In this document: piece after piece, positions 11,881 through 25,100 of the stretch | Layout: the number at the start of each line of letters is the position of its first letter | Numbering within the stretch: the stretch's first letter is position 1 | From: Paecilomyces variotii | Taxonomy: Eukaryota | Assembly (NCBI GenBank): GCA_004022145.1 | Contig: RCNU01000007.1 | Strand: one strand, 5' to 3' | DNA length: 64,000 bases | The notes under the pieces: generated by a model | Database searches by the model: none | What the model saw: only the letters and a program-made list of their open reading frames with translations | What the model was told of the DNA's origin: nothing | Made by a program: the position numbers and the translations under genes

Positions 11881-12881
11881 CTATTTTGCCTTTTTGTTCT
11901 CGTAGTCCTCCCAGAATCCATCAGCATCTGCAGTCTGGTCAGTCGCACTATTACCCCCAGTAGCATGTGCATATTTGAGCATTGAACTTACCAGGATGCT
12001 TTTTCGGGTTCTCAATGTACTCCCTGGCCTTGGCCTTTGTCTTGTGATCAAGATGGAATCTTTGATCGCGATCTTCAATCATCTTGTCCAGACTTGGGAA
12101 TGTCCTCTTGACCATGTCTTCGTCGACGAAACTTCCCATCAACTGCGGCATCCCCAAGGGCACCGTATCGCCCCGATCTACCTGCCAGAAGTGGAATGTC
12201 TTGCCGTACAAAGGGATGATCTCCTCCATTTCTGACGACTCTGCCTTGGACCAGACTGGTTCAGGCACACCTGAGCGAAGAAGTTAGTATGTATTACTGT
12301 CCAATGATAGATTCTTATCATTGAACGACGATTGCCCATCATGGAACCGAAGGGGCAGATCTGATCCAACCGCCTACATACCCTGCGGAACCGGCATGAC
12401 CAGCATGCCACTCTTCACTTCAAATTCATGAGAATGCCAAAGTCTCCTCTCCTCTCTCGGAAGCGTTTCATACAGCCGTGGAGTGACCATATACTCAACC
12501 CCAATAAGCCTAGCATTCGGCTTGGGGGAATCATATATCAAGCATTGTCGGATATCTATGAAAGCAAAACCCAGACAGATCGTTAACAATGACAAACACT
12601 CCTAATAGGTGTTATGTACCTCAATTCTTATCTCTCGACTCAAACTCACCTTCAGTGATATGAGAACAATAATGATTCGCCTCTACGCATCGTGATGGAT
12701 CGTTGGCGTAGATATGGAAGGCGTTGAGAAAGGCACAAATTTGCTTGACGGGTTGAAAGTCCTGGAGGATGCCAGCACCTGTTTCTAGAACGCGATGTTT
12801 TGTTCGGAGAGGCTCTCCTGCTGCTCCGTTGTCCATCACGGGGAAGTCTTTGTTTTTATCGGTATGCGAACTGCACGACAT
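11881..12881 (-). CDS. DUF1264 / oil-body-associated-protein-like protein; 4 exons
   Basis: [12 protein letters not shown]...[16 protein letters not shown]...RLIGVEYM...[38 protein letters not shown]. Confidence 0.85.
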
Positions 12882-13689
12882 GATGAGTGATGTTCCGCTG
12901 GATCCTCTGAAGCGAATTAAGTTGATATGGAAAAAATAGAAATAAATCCTAGGTGAAGATCTAGAATATCTTTCATTGAATGTAGCATGCTCTATATATT
13001 TCAATGTGCAAGTCGAGAGGCATGATTTGGAGATACCTGACGTCACGTTGATGCGACAGGGTCTGGCCTCGAGTTATCCGATTATTTTCTGCTCCACTGA
13101 TGATTTATGACTACGAAATCATAATCATACTCAGGGATCGCGAGTTAAATAACTTGGCAGGTGTCATTGATCTAACGTCTGGGCTATTCTTTAAGAGGGG
13201 TAAAAGTTAATTCGTCCAGGTGTAAACAGTGGACAGTAAGTATTCGTCTGATAAGGTTAAGTCTTTTGAAGTTAAATATTCGAGAATAGTGATTTAGAAG
13301 CTTGTAAAGGCTACGTGATCAGTTTAGTTATAACCTTTACTCGTAGGATACGTTTATTTATTTATCTATTTTATTTTATTAATTTTTTTTTTTTTTTTCT
13401 TTCGCTGGGTACTTACTGTTATGTAGATACGTGCGACGCCAAAAGGTAAATCCTACCTGAGCGATAATAATGGGGAATTAACAGATTCACTCATATTTCT
13501 ACTAGAAATTCGTTAAGAGGGAAGATGACTTGTGTTTCATCATAGTTCTTATCGCTATTATAGTAATCATTGCTAGTTCTCATGAGAAATATGTTCTTCG
13601 GCTATGCTTACTTATTCCAACCTGTATATAACTAATAGATAAACAGAAGACTCAGTCGTGACCCGTTTATAATTCAAGATTTGGTTTGA

Positions 13690-14100
13690 GCCAAAAAGTC
13701 CAATGTCTCTTTTGGCAATCGTGGCAGGATCACTCTCAATCGCAAAATGACCAACGTCAAGAAACTTGATTTCAGAATTCGGTAAATCCCTCTTTAAAAG
13801 TCTCTGCTCCGGGAGGAATGAAGAAGAAATCATTCTTACCCCCAGATGAGTAGCGAGTAGAGGAACCTGCGACTTGCGGAAATACTCGTGGAACTGGTCA
13901 TAAAGAGCAACATTGTGGGGTTTATTAATTAGAAAAGGCAGCTAGATCAGAGGATGATATTTCAGATGTCAAATGTTGACTGTACAATTCCTCCAGGTTG
14001 TCATTGTCTCTCTACATGTCTGTATTTTCTCTGTCCTGCTGAGGTTGAGTCCTATATTGAGCGATAGGTAGTCCAGGTCGATCGAAGGGCGTAATATCGA
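13690..14100 (-). pseudogene. Frameshifted C-terminal relic of an alpha/beta hydrolase (epoxide hydrolase/dehalogenase-like)
   Basis: HNVALYDQFHEYFRKSQVPLL /fs/ IWGKNDFFFIPPGAETFK /fs/ RDLPNSEIKFLDVGHFAIE; acid (WGxND) and His (GHF) motifs retained; no intact ORF. Confidence 0.75.
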
Positions 14101-14388
14101 CTGCCTTATTTCTAAGTTTACAAGTATCTAGACGGTTAAGAAGGATGCTTTGGGATCGTAGCCGGAAAAGCTTCATATTCTCTGACATCAGTCAAATCAC
14201 ATCTACTCCAATATCACCACCTTGAATTCTCTTCTCACGCCATCTTCAACACCACTTCGCCACCACGCTAAAGCAAGCCGCGCGGAAGCGCCATTTTATC
14301 TTAGATAGAAATGTAACATAGATGTAGTCCGTAGTTCCCGTCAAGGAATACCGTCTCGATTTCGGATATACAGTTTCGCAAAAGGGCT

Positions 14389-15660
14389 TCACATGGCGTT
14401 CTTCATTTCTCTGAGAGCGGCCATCACGTCCACGGGGTCTGTCTTGCCTGTGGCCTTCTGGATTACCGGATCCTGCTCAATGTGGTTAATGAATGGCTAA
14501 TAAGAAGACAGCCTTATAGTTAAACTTACGTTGACTCTCATGAAGACGTTGTGAAGCTTATAACTCAGTCAGTTTCATCTACGCGTCCACCTAACTAGTT
14601 ATAACTTACCTTCTCGTCTCCAATGGTAAATTTCCCCTGAGTCTGCTGGTTTTGCGCAGCAAAGGCCTCAAGCTTCTTAATCGGCTCCGATTGAGAAACT
14701 GCAAGGCAGAACTTGACATTCGACTTTGTGTACTCATGACCAGGCTAGGCTTTGTCAATCCTGGTACTTCTCATTCAAACGAGGGGAATGCTTACATAGA
14801 CTTTTGTATCATCCGGTAGAGCTGCAAGGACCTCATTCAGAGCCTTGTGCATCTCCTTCGCATTGCCTTCGAAGAATCGTCCGCAGCCTGTGTGATATTT
14901 CGTTAATCATGTATCAAAGGCACCTATACACATTCCACGTCCTTACCTGCAATGAAAAGCGTGTCACCCGTGAAAACAACGCGCTGATCACCGTCCTCGA
15001 GGAAGTAGCAAATGCTGTCCTGCGTGTGACATGGAGTGTGCAACGCTTTGACAGAGATGCGTTCACCGATCTTGAAAGTCTCTCCGTGCTTGGGCGTCTT
15101 CGTCACAGACTTGCAGTCCTTACCACCGATTACTGCGAGTTTTCCAAATTCTTTAAGCTAACCATAGTTAGCACAATGCAAGTTCACGTAATGTGTTGTA
15201 CGCTTACAATCTCATCGTTTCCGCCGGCGTGATCCCAGTGGCTTTTCAGCAGTTAGTGACATTCGTAAACATGACATCTATCCGCTGTACATACTGGTGA
15301 GTGTTTACGATTGCTGTGAGATTGATCTTGCCGGAATCGATCTGGGATTTCAACACGGGAGCAACCCTTTGTGTTCATTAGATGACATTTGAACTCCAGT
15401 AGCAGCAACAATTCTTACTCTGGTGGGTTTGCCGGATCGATTATCACCGAATCCTTCGTAGGTTCATCAGTGACCAGGTAGGCATAATTGTTGCCCTTCC
15501 CGGTCCCTAGTAATTTGTCATCAGTGCTTCGAGTATACAGAAGCATGTACAGGCCTGTTAGAGCACACTCACACATGGGAATCGATTGGATATGCATGGT
15601 TCTTGTAATACTTGGCTGACGGAGTCTAACCAGTGGTCGAATTGCTTTTACGAAGCTCAT
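14389..15660 (-). CDS. glo2: Hydroxyacylglutathione hydrolase (glyoxalase II); 9 exons; alternative start ATG at 15597
   Basis: Spliced [11 protein letters not shown] metal motif, [41 protein letters not shown]; 8 GT-AG introns. Confidence 0.93.
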
Positions 15661-15861
15661 CGGCCTATATACAACCCTCGTAAATGGATGACAATGCGGG
15701 GATGCCGTTCGGGATTTATGGATTGGTAATGATGCCAACCTTATGTAAGTAACGCGCTCACGTGATATCATCGACATGATCGATCAGTGGCTACAACTAG
15801 TATTACATTGCTAAATCATACAAGAGTGTAAGGTATATTTCGCTTCATAACAAAAATAAGT

Positions 15862-17236
15862 TCATGACACGCCAATTGCTTCGCTCCTCCACGTATCCGC
15901 GAGGTCCCATCCGTGATTGCTCAGTACCCGTTGTGCTTCATCCTCATCTGAAACGATCTGTGTGTTCGCAAGCAGCTGGTCTTCAGTGGCAGTTTCAATG
16001 TTATGCGCATCAGAATCATGAGTGTCATTTCGTAAAGACTGTCTCAGCCTCTTCGTCCACTCATTCTCGCTTACGTCGCAGGCGGCCCGCATGTAAGACA
16101 ATGAGAGATATCTCCTGTTAGCCTTCCATGTGTCGGAGTTAAGTATGTGGTTCAGCCACATATAAATCCCTTCAAGATATGAGTCATCCGAATGCTTTCC
16201 TGCAGACAGTTCATTTGCCATCACTTCAGTAAAGGTAGTCAAGAACGAAGTGCTCTTTTCGGCCACTGTCTGCAAGACTGGATCCCACTTGTCGAACACC
16301 TCATCCATAGGCGCCCCGAGACTATCAACACGCGAGTTAGTATATTCCTTAGCCTAAGCTGACAAGCAACACTCACCTTTGTCCAGCACTGAACAATGTT
16401 TTCCCTTCAAGTAATGTCTCTGACAATGCAACAGCTCCCTCGGGACGACCCTCACATATGGAGATCAGCCGCGCTGCTGTCGGGTAGTAGTCATGCTGGG
16501 ATTTCCTTCTCTTGCGGGGAGGTTCCACTTCATCAAGGTTTCTTTTAATATCCTCGAGATCTCTCCGGATAGTAGGCTTTAGCTGCTCGAGATCTCCATC
16601 CAAAGCAATACTAGGAGCAGTAGAAGCGCCAGTAGTAGCAGGGAGGTCAATCCTCGCCCAGTAATAACCCCAGAGCCACTCTAGTGATCTCTGCGCCGCA
16701 CTTCGCAATACAACCAGAGAAGGTAGATCGCGATGTGTTGCCTCATGACGCAGTTCCACGAATGATGCTGGCAGCCCGAGATCAATGGCCCTTTGAAACA
16801 TGGTCTTTTTCTGTCCATGAAGTTTAGAATCAACGAGACCAGTTACGAATCTGTTATTTCCAGCGAATCAGAAAATTTTTTTTAGAACAGTCAGAAGCCC
16901 AATTTTCCGGATGCACGTACCTGCAGAATGCAGCAGAGTAAGTAGCCCTAATGGAAAAGATCGAGTTTTTGCTAGCATCATCATGAAGGATAGCATCTGT
17001 TAATAGCGCGGTGGCTTCCACAGCATGAGGTAAATTCCCTCGCAGTTTCCATGCTCCAACCTATACATCCAGTCAGACCGCCTTTGAGAGCTCAAACTCG
17101 GGAGAAGATCGCATACCGTCGCACATGCATGGGCACGCATATCAGGACCATCCTGAGAAGACGAGGGGTAGAACCGGTCTCGAACGGCAAGAAGCTCTGA
17201 TTGCTGCTTCCATGGTGTAAATATTATTTTTGCCAT
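15862..17236 (-). CDS. las1: Las1 pre-rRNA ITS2 endoribonuclease (HEPN); 4 exons
   Basis: MAKIIFTPW...[15 protein letters not shown]...[10 protein letters not shown]...[14 protein letters not shown] (HEPN RxxxxH). Confidence 0.9.
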
Positions 17237-17897
17237 TGTTATCTTATTATTTCCCAACGTCTTGTACGCTGTTCTAGATCTTTCCGAATGCTTGTAAAAG
17301 CTCGTCTAGTGAAAGAGTTGATGCGTCGGAAAATCTTTTGTGCGGGGAAGGATACGTAGGACTCTTCCCTACTTAATTAGATGCATACAAGCAAGCAAGC
17401 AAGCAGCTGTAAAACCTTAGGTAAGAGAACAAGAATTCACATGTCACCAATAAGTCCACAGAAGGAGATGTACAGCGCTGGCAACTTTTAAAGTCAACCT
17501 TTGGAGAAGAATATTCTGTGGTAGTTATTGTCGGGACTTCTTGAAGGCGCTATACTCGTTCTGGAAGTGCGGGCAGCCGCCCGCTGTCTAACAACACTAC
17601 CCAGGTGCTGATAATACTACTAGAACAATGCTTTCACTATACGAAGATTTGTACTATTGTTAAGAATTTTTTACAGAGGGCCTCTTCAGATAAAAGGATT
17701 GACACATTCCAAATGTCGGTACTTTGTATATGGGAGCTACTTCGGCTCCGCGTTCTAATCTATCAATCAATACACATTGTGTGAAGGTAGTGGCATACAT
17801 GCAGATTGTACAGCCCGGGGTATCAATCGTCCTTCCTCAGTGCCCCATAAACCCAAAACTCCGTGCTGTGGCTCGTGAAAAGAATATCACCCAAAAT

Positions 17898-19127
17898 CTA
17901 TATCCAGCCGTAACCCAGATTGCTGCATGGGATCTCAGAGACTCCCATCATCTGTGGACAGTCCGGTAGCGAAGTGACCATCATCATGTCTTCGGGCTCG
18001 TCAAATAAGAATGATTTGCCCAGCATGTTCGTAGCAGCGTTGACGGACTGGTCGAACATTTCTCTTTCCTGCTGACTGTGCTGGCTGTCCGTTCGGTGGG
18101 AACCAGCTTCATTGCCTTCGCTTTCCTTGGTCTCCTCGTCGCCTCCACCCTCAGCTTCTTCACCATCTTCCTCGTCATCGGATGGGGTGAAGGTCTCCTC
18201 CAATTTCAGTCCTTTGCCCTTGGGACCCTGAAATTCATTGAGTCCTCTAAGCATAGAATGGTCTGACACAAGTGACGTGTCAGGCTCATCGTACAGCCCT
18301 ACCCCCACAAGTTCATCGCCTGAAGATGCAGGTTTAGACGTCAAATCAGGACACGGATCAGAATCGACGGGGAAATGCTGGATGGGCAGAAAATTGGGAG
18401 TTGGCGGGCCGGTAAAGTCATCCGAGGACTGCACGCTCTCCTGACCGAAATCCCCAATATAAGACGTAGGCACACCATCTGCCAGAGGCATTCCGTCAAG
18501 CGCCCATCCCTGAGTGGATTCCTGCGGTGGACAAGAGAATCCAGAAGGATCCATGTTCCAGGAGACTGGGTCAACCGAGGAGCTGTTGTTCAGCTGTGAG
18601 AAGGCACACTGCGGGTTTCCGGAAGACGCTCCATAGAGTTGAAAGGTGGAGAAATCGGTGTCCGGTATAGAATCTCCTGTGATAGGATATGACGATAGAT
18701 TCTCCAGGCCGTTGGTGGAAGGGACGACAGGCTGCGGCATCTGCGAAATATCATTGGCTGGGGCCGGGTAAGTTGCACGGCTCATATTGTTGTACACCAT
18801 GGCTTGCTGAGAAGTAGGATGCCAGCTCATCGGACGACATTGTTGATAAGCAGATGAAAAAAGAGCATCATCAATTGGTGTCCGGTACACCTGGCTGTGT
18901 CGCTGACGATATTGCTGCATAGGCCCGTGGGCAACTGTCGTCCTTCGTCGCCCAGTCGCATGGGGACTATTGCCTGCACTACGAGGCTTCAAGATTCGAG
19001 ATGACCGTATCCGGGACAAGGCCCATGCTATTTGATCGGCCACCGTTTGCTGCTTGTACGGTTGAAATCCTTGGTGCATCCATCCCGGGCCTCCTATAGA
19101 GGACTGTCCCTGCCAACAGTCGGCCAT
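17898..19127 (-). CDS. Uncharacterised, largely disordered 409-aa protein
   Basis: Long ORF; basic N-terminal patch (RILKPRSAGNSP...GRRRTT), RPMSWHP, DELVGVGLYD and GKGLKLEETF motifs, acidic tract; probable 5'UTR intron ~19221-19165. Confidence 0.75.
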   Translation of the reverse strand: MADCWQGQSSIGGPGWMHQGFQPYKQQTVADQIAWALSRIRSSRILKPRSAGNSPHATGRRRTTVAHGPMQQYRQRHSQVYRTPIDDALFSSAYQQCRPMSWHPTSQQAMVYNNMSRATYPAPANDISQMPQPVVPSTNGLENLSSYPITGDSIPDTDFSTFQLYGASSGNPQCAFSQLNNSSSVDPVSWNMDPSGFSCPPQESTQGWALDGMPLADGVPTSYIGDFGQESVQSSDDFTGPPTPNFLPIQHFPVDSDPCPDLTSKPASSGDELVGVGLYDEPDTSLVSDHSMLRGLNEFQGPKGKGLKLEETFTPSDDEEDGEEAEGGGDEETKESEGNEAGSHRTDSQHSQQEREMFDQSVNAATNMLGKSFLFDEPEDMMMVTSLPDCPQMMGVSEIPCSNLGYGWI

Positions 19128-22100
19128 GTAAACCAGTTGTCGAGTGCAACAGATGTTTCTACCTGGCCGTCAGTATACTCTTTCTGTGTTCGCATAAAGA
19201 CAGATATAATATAATATAATACCTCTTTTGGTGTGATCAAGTTGCTGTCAGACAACTTTATATCATCAATCGGAGATCAGATAAGGTATGTGTTGTAGAC
19301 AAGCAGAGAGAATCAGGATGTGGAGTTGTACATATATGTATATAGGACGTTTCCACAAACCAGTATAGTTCAGCCCCGGGTAATACGTCTTGACAGACGT
19401 TCGAGACCCAAAGTAGGATATAAGAGAGTAGGAAACGAAAGAGGCCTTGAGACAGGGGCGGTCACAAGGCAAGGAACAATAATAGGGAACCACCATCCAC
19501 CCGGCCCCAGATCCACGATGCTGCTCCTTCGATAGCACATGTTGAGATGACACGACGGTGACACTAGGGGACCTATCCAAGGAACGGCTGCTCCGGAGAA
19601 AGACAGAGACCCTTGGTCTCGGGACGAGATGTGCCCCCCCCTCAGCATCAATCCGCGCGCTGCATGCCACCAGAGTGTTCGAAACTCTCTGTTGGTGGAG
19701 AGAGTCGAGTACGGGACGGTGGACCGGCCAGACGAGCGGCCAGACATGCCAGAACTAAATTTGGGGCCCGCCAGGAGGGAGAGAAGTTGAGAAGAAGAAA
19801 AAAAAGCCATGACCCAGTCTCGCCCTATCTACTCCGTACCTCGATTCCTTGTCCGTGCTGATGATAAGTTACATACTAGTTAGCTCCATCCACGACAACG
19901 AGGAGCCCCAGAAACAGGAACGTTGGAGGCTTAGCCGCTCACTAACTAACGGGTGCCTACCGCGATCCAACCCCGATCGTCCTGTTTTGCACCTCCACAT
20001 GTTCTCCCCCCTTCTTCGCCATACCGTCAGCGCATCACCACTCGTTACGCAAGGGTTACGGATCACCTGTGGCTGTCACTGGCTCTGCTGGGCTTTTCGC
20101 CCCGGCGCTTAGTGTGGTACGATACGCTGTTTATGTTACAACTTACGAGAAAGTGGAATGCCCATGCTTTGACGTGTTACAGGCCGAGCGGTAATCAAAA
20201 AAAGCGATACCCGTGTATCTCAACCGCGTCAACGCGGCTTTTGGGACTAGGCTCCTTCAAGCAAACGCAAACTGATACCTAAGTTAGCATGGCTGTCGAA
20301 CAACAACTCTCTCTACACTAAAGGAAAGGAAAGGGAAAAGGAAGAAAAAGGACTGGACCTATGTCATTCCCGGTCGGTGCCACAGGTCAAAGTTATCAGA
20401 CTCTTTGGCTCCCATCCACAACGCCATTCGATCAGTGGAGCCTTGTACTGGCAATCACACCGCATTCCAGGTGGCCAAGCGGAGAGACCGGCTCTGGTGG
20501 ACGAACGTGGAGGTCAAAAGTATGATGGTCGAGGAGACACTACTAAAGTCCCGTTCGAGCCTTCCCACTGCCAGGTCGCCCAGGGCTAGGAGATGAGCCT
20601 GATGTGACAAGTCTCTGCATATCTATCCAGACTGTCTGACAGGAGAGAAGCTTCCTGCCGTGCTCCATTGGATACGGCTGATGGGACGCCCATTTTGCAG
20701 TGCTAATTGCCGGACGGGCATATTATTAGTCCACCTTGCTTGTCGCAGGCTGGAGGCCCGACCTCAGCACTCTCGAAGACTAAAATAATGATAATAATAC
20801 TCTCGATACGCTCCAACTGGTACTCGTGATGTCGCGATACCCGAAGTTGCAGACCCCGCCATCTTCCATGCTTGAGCCTTGAGACCCCGGCCCCGCCACT
20901 GGCGCCAGGGCTTTATCGAACGCAGCTAAATCGGGCGATATAACCGTCGTTCCTCCGGCGCAGTGGTGCTCGCGAATCGTACGCCGGAAACCTCTCCCTC
21001 TTGCCGCTTGAAGTACCCACTAGTGACCCACGATATGTGAAAGGCTACTGAAAAGAAAAAATTTCCAGAAGGTCAGGGGTCATCATATATCGGGGTCTTC
21101 TAACCCAGAACAGGAGTCTGAGTGGATCAAGCCCGCGCTGTCCCAGAGGCGGTCAGAAGATCGTTGACACGCTGCCGATCTTGGTCAAGGCAGGCCGTTC
21201 CCCTACGCGGACGGTATGGTGCGTGCACTGGAGTCTTGAGGCTTTGAACTAATTACATCCTAGCACCTAGAGAAGCGAAGGACCGGAGCCGATGACCATC
21301 CAGGGGGTTCCTAGCTGGGGGATAGTTAACAGCACCTGAGCACCACGTATGAAGCGCTCCATAATGGAGCTAACGGAGACTAAAGTAGTGCCTCTTTTTT
21401 GCATGATTCGACGTCTCGAATATGAGAACAGATGAAAGTCCAATATCACATACAAAGCACAGAGAAACAATATGCGATCTCACCAGGATCGATGGTAAGG
21501 CTCAGAAGCTTCGTTCACTTATGTCAAAAAGGGAATCTACCAGCGATGGGACCGAATCCCAGTTGTAGTGTCACCGGATAACCTATTTTCGTGAAGATCA
21601 AATACGACTTTCCCCGGGTGAACATGCGTTTACGGAAACTACGCTCTTCTTTTTACGGCAGTGAAATGTACATCCTCCTTGTTAGGTCGTCTCCCCCTTG
21701 GCAAAAGAATGGGCATTGGAAAAGGGTTTCAGAAAGCTATGTCAACAGTACGAACTTGCCACGCTTCTTGTCGACTATACGCTTTTTTTTCCCACAAGCC
21801 CAGCCCCCAACATTGCACGATCTCATAATCTCCGCTTGACGGAGCATACTGCGGTCCGCGAGATCCTTGTTATCGATCTGCAACACAGAATTGGCGCTAG
21901 ATAGACAGATTTATTACCACGACAGCACTCCGTACAAGCTAGTCGCCGTTCTTTAGAGAACGCATGTTGCTCTCGTGCGCTTGAACATGACTGCCCGACT
22001 ATAGAGGAAAAGGAACGTGACAATCAACGCGCGCACATGGTCTTTCTCATACTAACGGAGTTGCTGTCTTGCTAAGAAATGATACTTATGCATAGCCAAG

Positions 22101-25100
22101 ACAGTGTCTAGATCCCGACCGTTCTTTGATAAACAAGCCGAGGCTACCGACACTTGTTTTATCCCCTGGGCAACTCTGGGACCCGGATTGCCCAACTCAC
22201 CCATATCTAGTGGGCCAAAAAAAAAGGCGAAAGGGGGAGTATCCTTTGTGGTTAGCTTCCCATTTCGAGTGCGCCATCTTAACCCACATGGAGTGTCAGA
22301 CACACTCCAGACCGGAAACAGGGCAGTCCCGACTCCCCATGGACTAAATAGCATCAACCCGACCACGCGGGTCCGTGGGTCTGCCGGGACGAAGACATGA
22401 ATTACGTAGCACGATGTGAGTCTTATACCATAGTGTGCACCCACGGGCCTCATTCTCCTTCTTAAGTTCTTAGAGACTTAGCGGATGGACCGTTCATGGA
22501 TTGATCTCACAAGGTTTGCCAGCTCCTTACTAACACTACGTAATAACTAACTAATAACTATCTAGGCTAACTCACTACTATCTTCTCGCCCTTGACAATC
22601 TCTGTTTCAATAATACACTTTACACTATTTTCTTCTTTGCCCATGCATACCTAAGTATATAGACTTTTCCTGCTGATCCACGCCACGCAGCCTAGGATAC
22701 AATCCATAACACTACTAGGTGGGATAACATGCTGTCCGGCAGCCACTGGTCAGTCAAGCACGGCTCGACATTCTCCGCAAGCTAACTATCGCAAAGGGCC
22801 GCCCAATTTCCGTATTTTTCTTATCACTATTATAATAATTTATGACGACCACCACAGCAACTACCGTATGTCAAGCTGAAAACGGCATTCCGCCAAGAAG
22901 CCAGCACTAATAGTAATAATACAAGTATACTGCACCAATGTGCAGCATCGTGGATCCGAACTGCAAGCCAACACTTTCAATCTTCGAGAATATCTTAGCG
23001 CAGCCTTCACTTGCCATACGGTAGATCTTCGGACGTTACTCCTTACAGGTTATATGGTATGATCTCTAGTTCTGGTTTCCATAAACGATAACAATAATTT
23101 TACACGGTCTGGATCCTTGAACGCATCATCCTTACCTGGTCGCCTTCTTTTGCTCAGGCTTAGATGTCACTGCACTAGGTAGATTACTCCGTACTCTTAT
23201 GGAGTTTGGCCCTACTCAGTCTCAAGCCGCCGGGAATGCGCTAGAAACACCTTGTCCGATACCCATGCGAATGATTCGCTGCATCTCTCGGAGCTGGCTC
23301 GCGCCCATCAATGAAGAGAAGAAAGATGTGGGGGCGATCCGAAGATCGATGACTGGTCTCACGTTCCGATAAAACCAGCAAGAAGTGAGAAGATTATTGA
23401 TCTTTTATTGGGGCACCGGCCGAATAGCCACATACGCAGACCGTTGACGGGAAGAGAGATCCCTACCTCAAGTGGCTGGATTCTAGGCATCTTGGAAACA
23501 GGCGGACGGGTGCAGGGACCTCCCTCCAGAGTTGGGATCTCAGCCGGAGGAGTCCATCCGTCTGTCATCCGTGGATCTAGCTGACGCTATGGTGGTCATG
23601 TCTCAGGCTTTGAGCATCCGCCCCATTGTTATTATTTTATCACTTGTGAGCCATGTGGCTGGAGCGCCACCAAGCCTGTGCTCATTAAATGCACCTCCCG
23701 AAAAGTAACCGACCACACTCGGAAAGGCTCCTGTTGTTGCCTCTCATGAGGTACCTCTTTTTCAGTCGATCCGCGGGATAGCCAAAGTTAAGGTGAATGA
23801 TGCTCTAGGAAGCAGGATCAAAGTAAATGCATGACTCTTTTCCTTGACTAAGCCACCTGCGATCGGCGAGAGAAGGAAGCAAGCCGCAAACCCTGTCGTC
23901 GTATAATAATATTGGATCTGTGATATCAGACCTGAAAAGAGACAAGGACGATGCCTGGAATTGTCAACGACTGGTCACGATCAAGTCTCCCTCAGATACC
24001 CGCCCGCCGTGCTGTTCAGAGTTTCAGACGGGAGACTCGGATTTCCGATCGCCTCAGTCGTCGCCGACTATTCTTCTCGGCTTCTAGACGTAGGGGTTAC
24101 CATGGTCGATCGTCCAAGACTGGAGGGTGGCAATAATGTTAAGGATAATATCGAGACTAAATGGTCCCCTAGCGAGGTAGTCCACCCAGAGAAATAATTA
24201 TTCTCAGTTAATAATGATCACCGAAAGTATCAAGGCCTCAGGGTCTCGTGGTGTCCCAGACCGCTGACTAACTAACATCCCATAAAAAAAATTTGAAGAG
24301 GGAAAAAGGGCAGACGAGCCGTCGCATCCACATAGTAGTGCAGTAATCATAATAGTACTAATAATAATGGACACAGGACATACGCACAGCTAGACTGGAA
24401 CCCACTCATCATCCATGCGGCTTAGATACTCGACTGCACCAAGGAGAGGCTACAATATCCGACCGATCCATCAGTAGTAGTGACCAAGCCTCCCAGAGTC
24501 CCAGACTCCCAGGGGACCGAGGTTGACTGGGTGGAATCTCACCACCTGGCACCAACAGTCTGCCACATCATTATTATTATTATTACTCAGGAGTCAGAAC
24601 CGTACTCTAGGCTCCAGCATTATTATTCTGCCCTTTAGCCACGCGAAAAAGGAACGGCTCGGAGCTGATACTGTTGCATACCATGCTGAGCGCCTAGGCC
24701 AACGATCACCAGGCCAAAGTCGGATAAGGTCGTCGAGAATACCAGCGGTCCATGAGCAGTTTAGCCCTTGCCTGGTGGCTTCGCCCGCGTCGCTTCGACC
24801 CTCTGCTGGGTGAAAATAATCATGACACTCGAGACATTATTTCATCATCTCCCGGATCCGGAGCCGGTACAATATTTGGGCCTCCACGCCTACACGTACG
24901 GCGTACAGATCCTTCCTGCACCTTCAGTTTGTCGTTGGAGTGTTCTGATCTTCGAGCGCAGCCGACAAGAAGCCGGACGCAGCCTGCCTCAGCTGTTTTG
25001 TTTATCCCTGAAAACAAGCTGCCTAGGATCATCAGTGGGTAGATAGACTTGGAGCTCGTGATGCCACTGCTGTCACCACCCTTCACGGAGTGTACTACCG

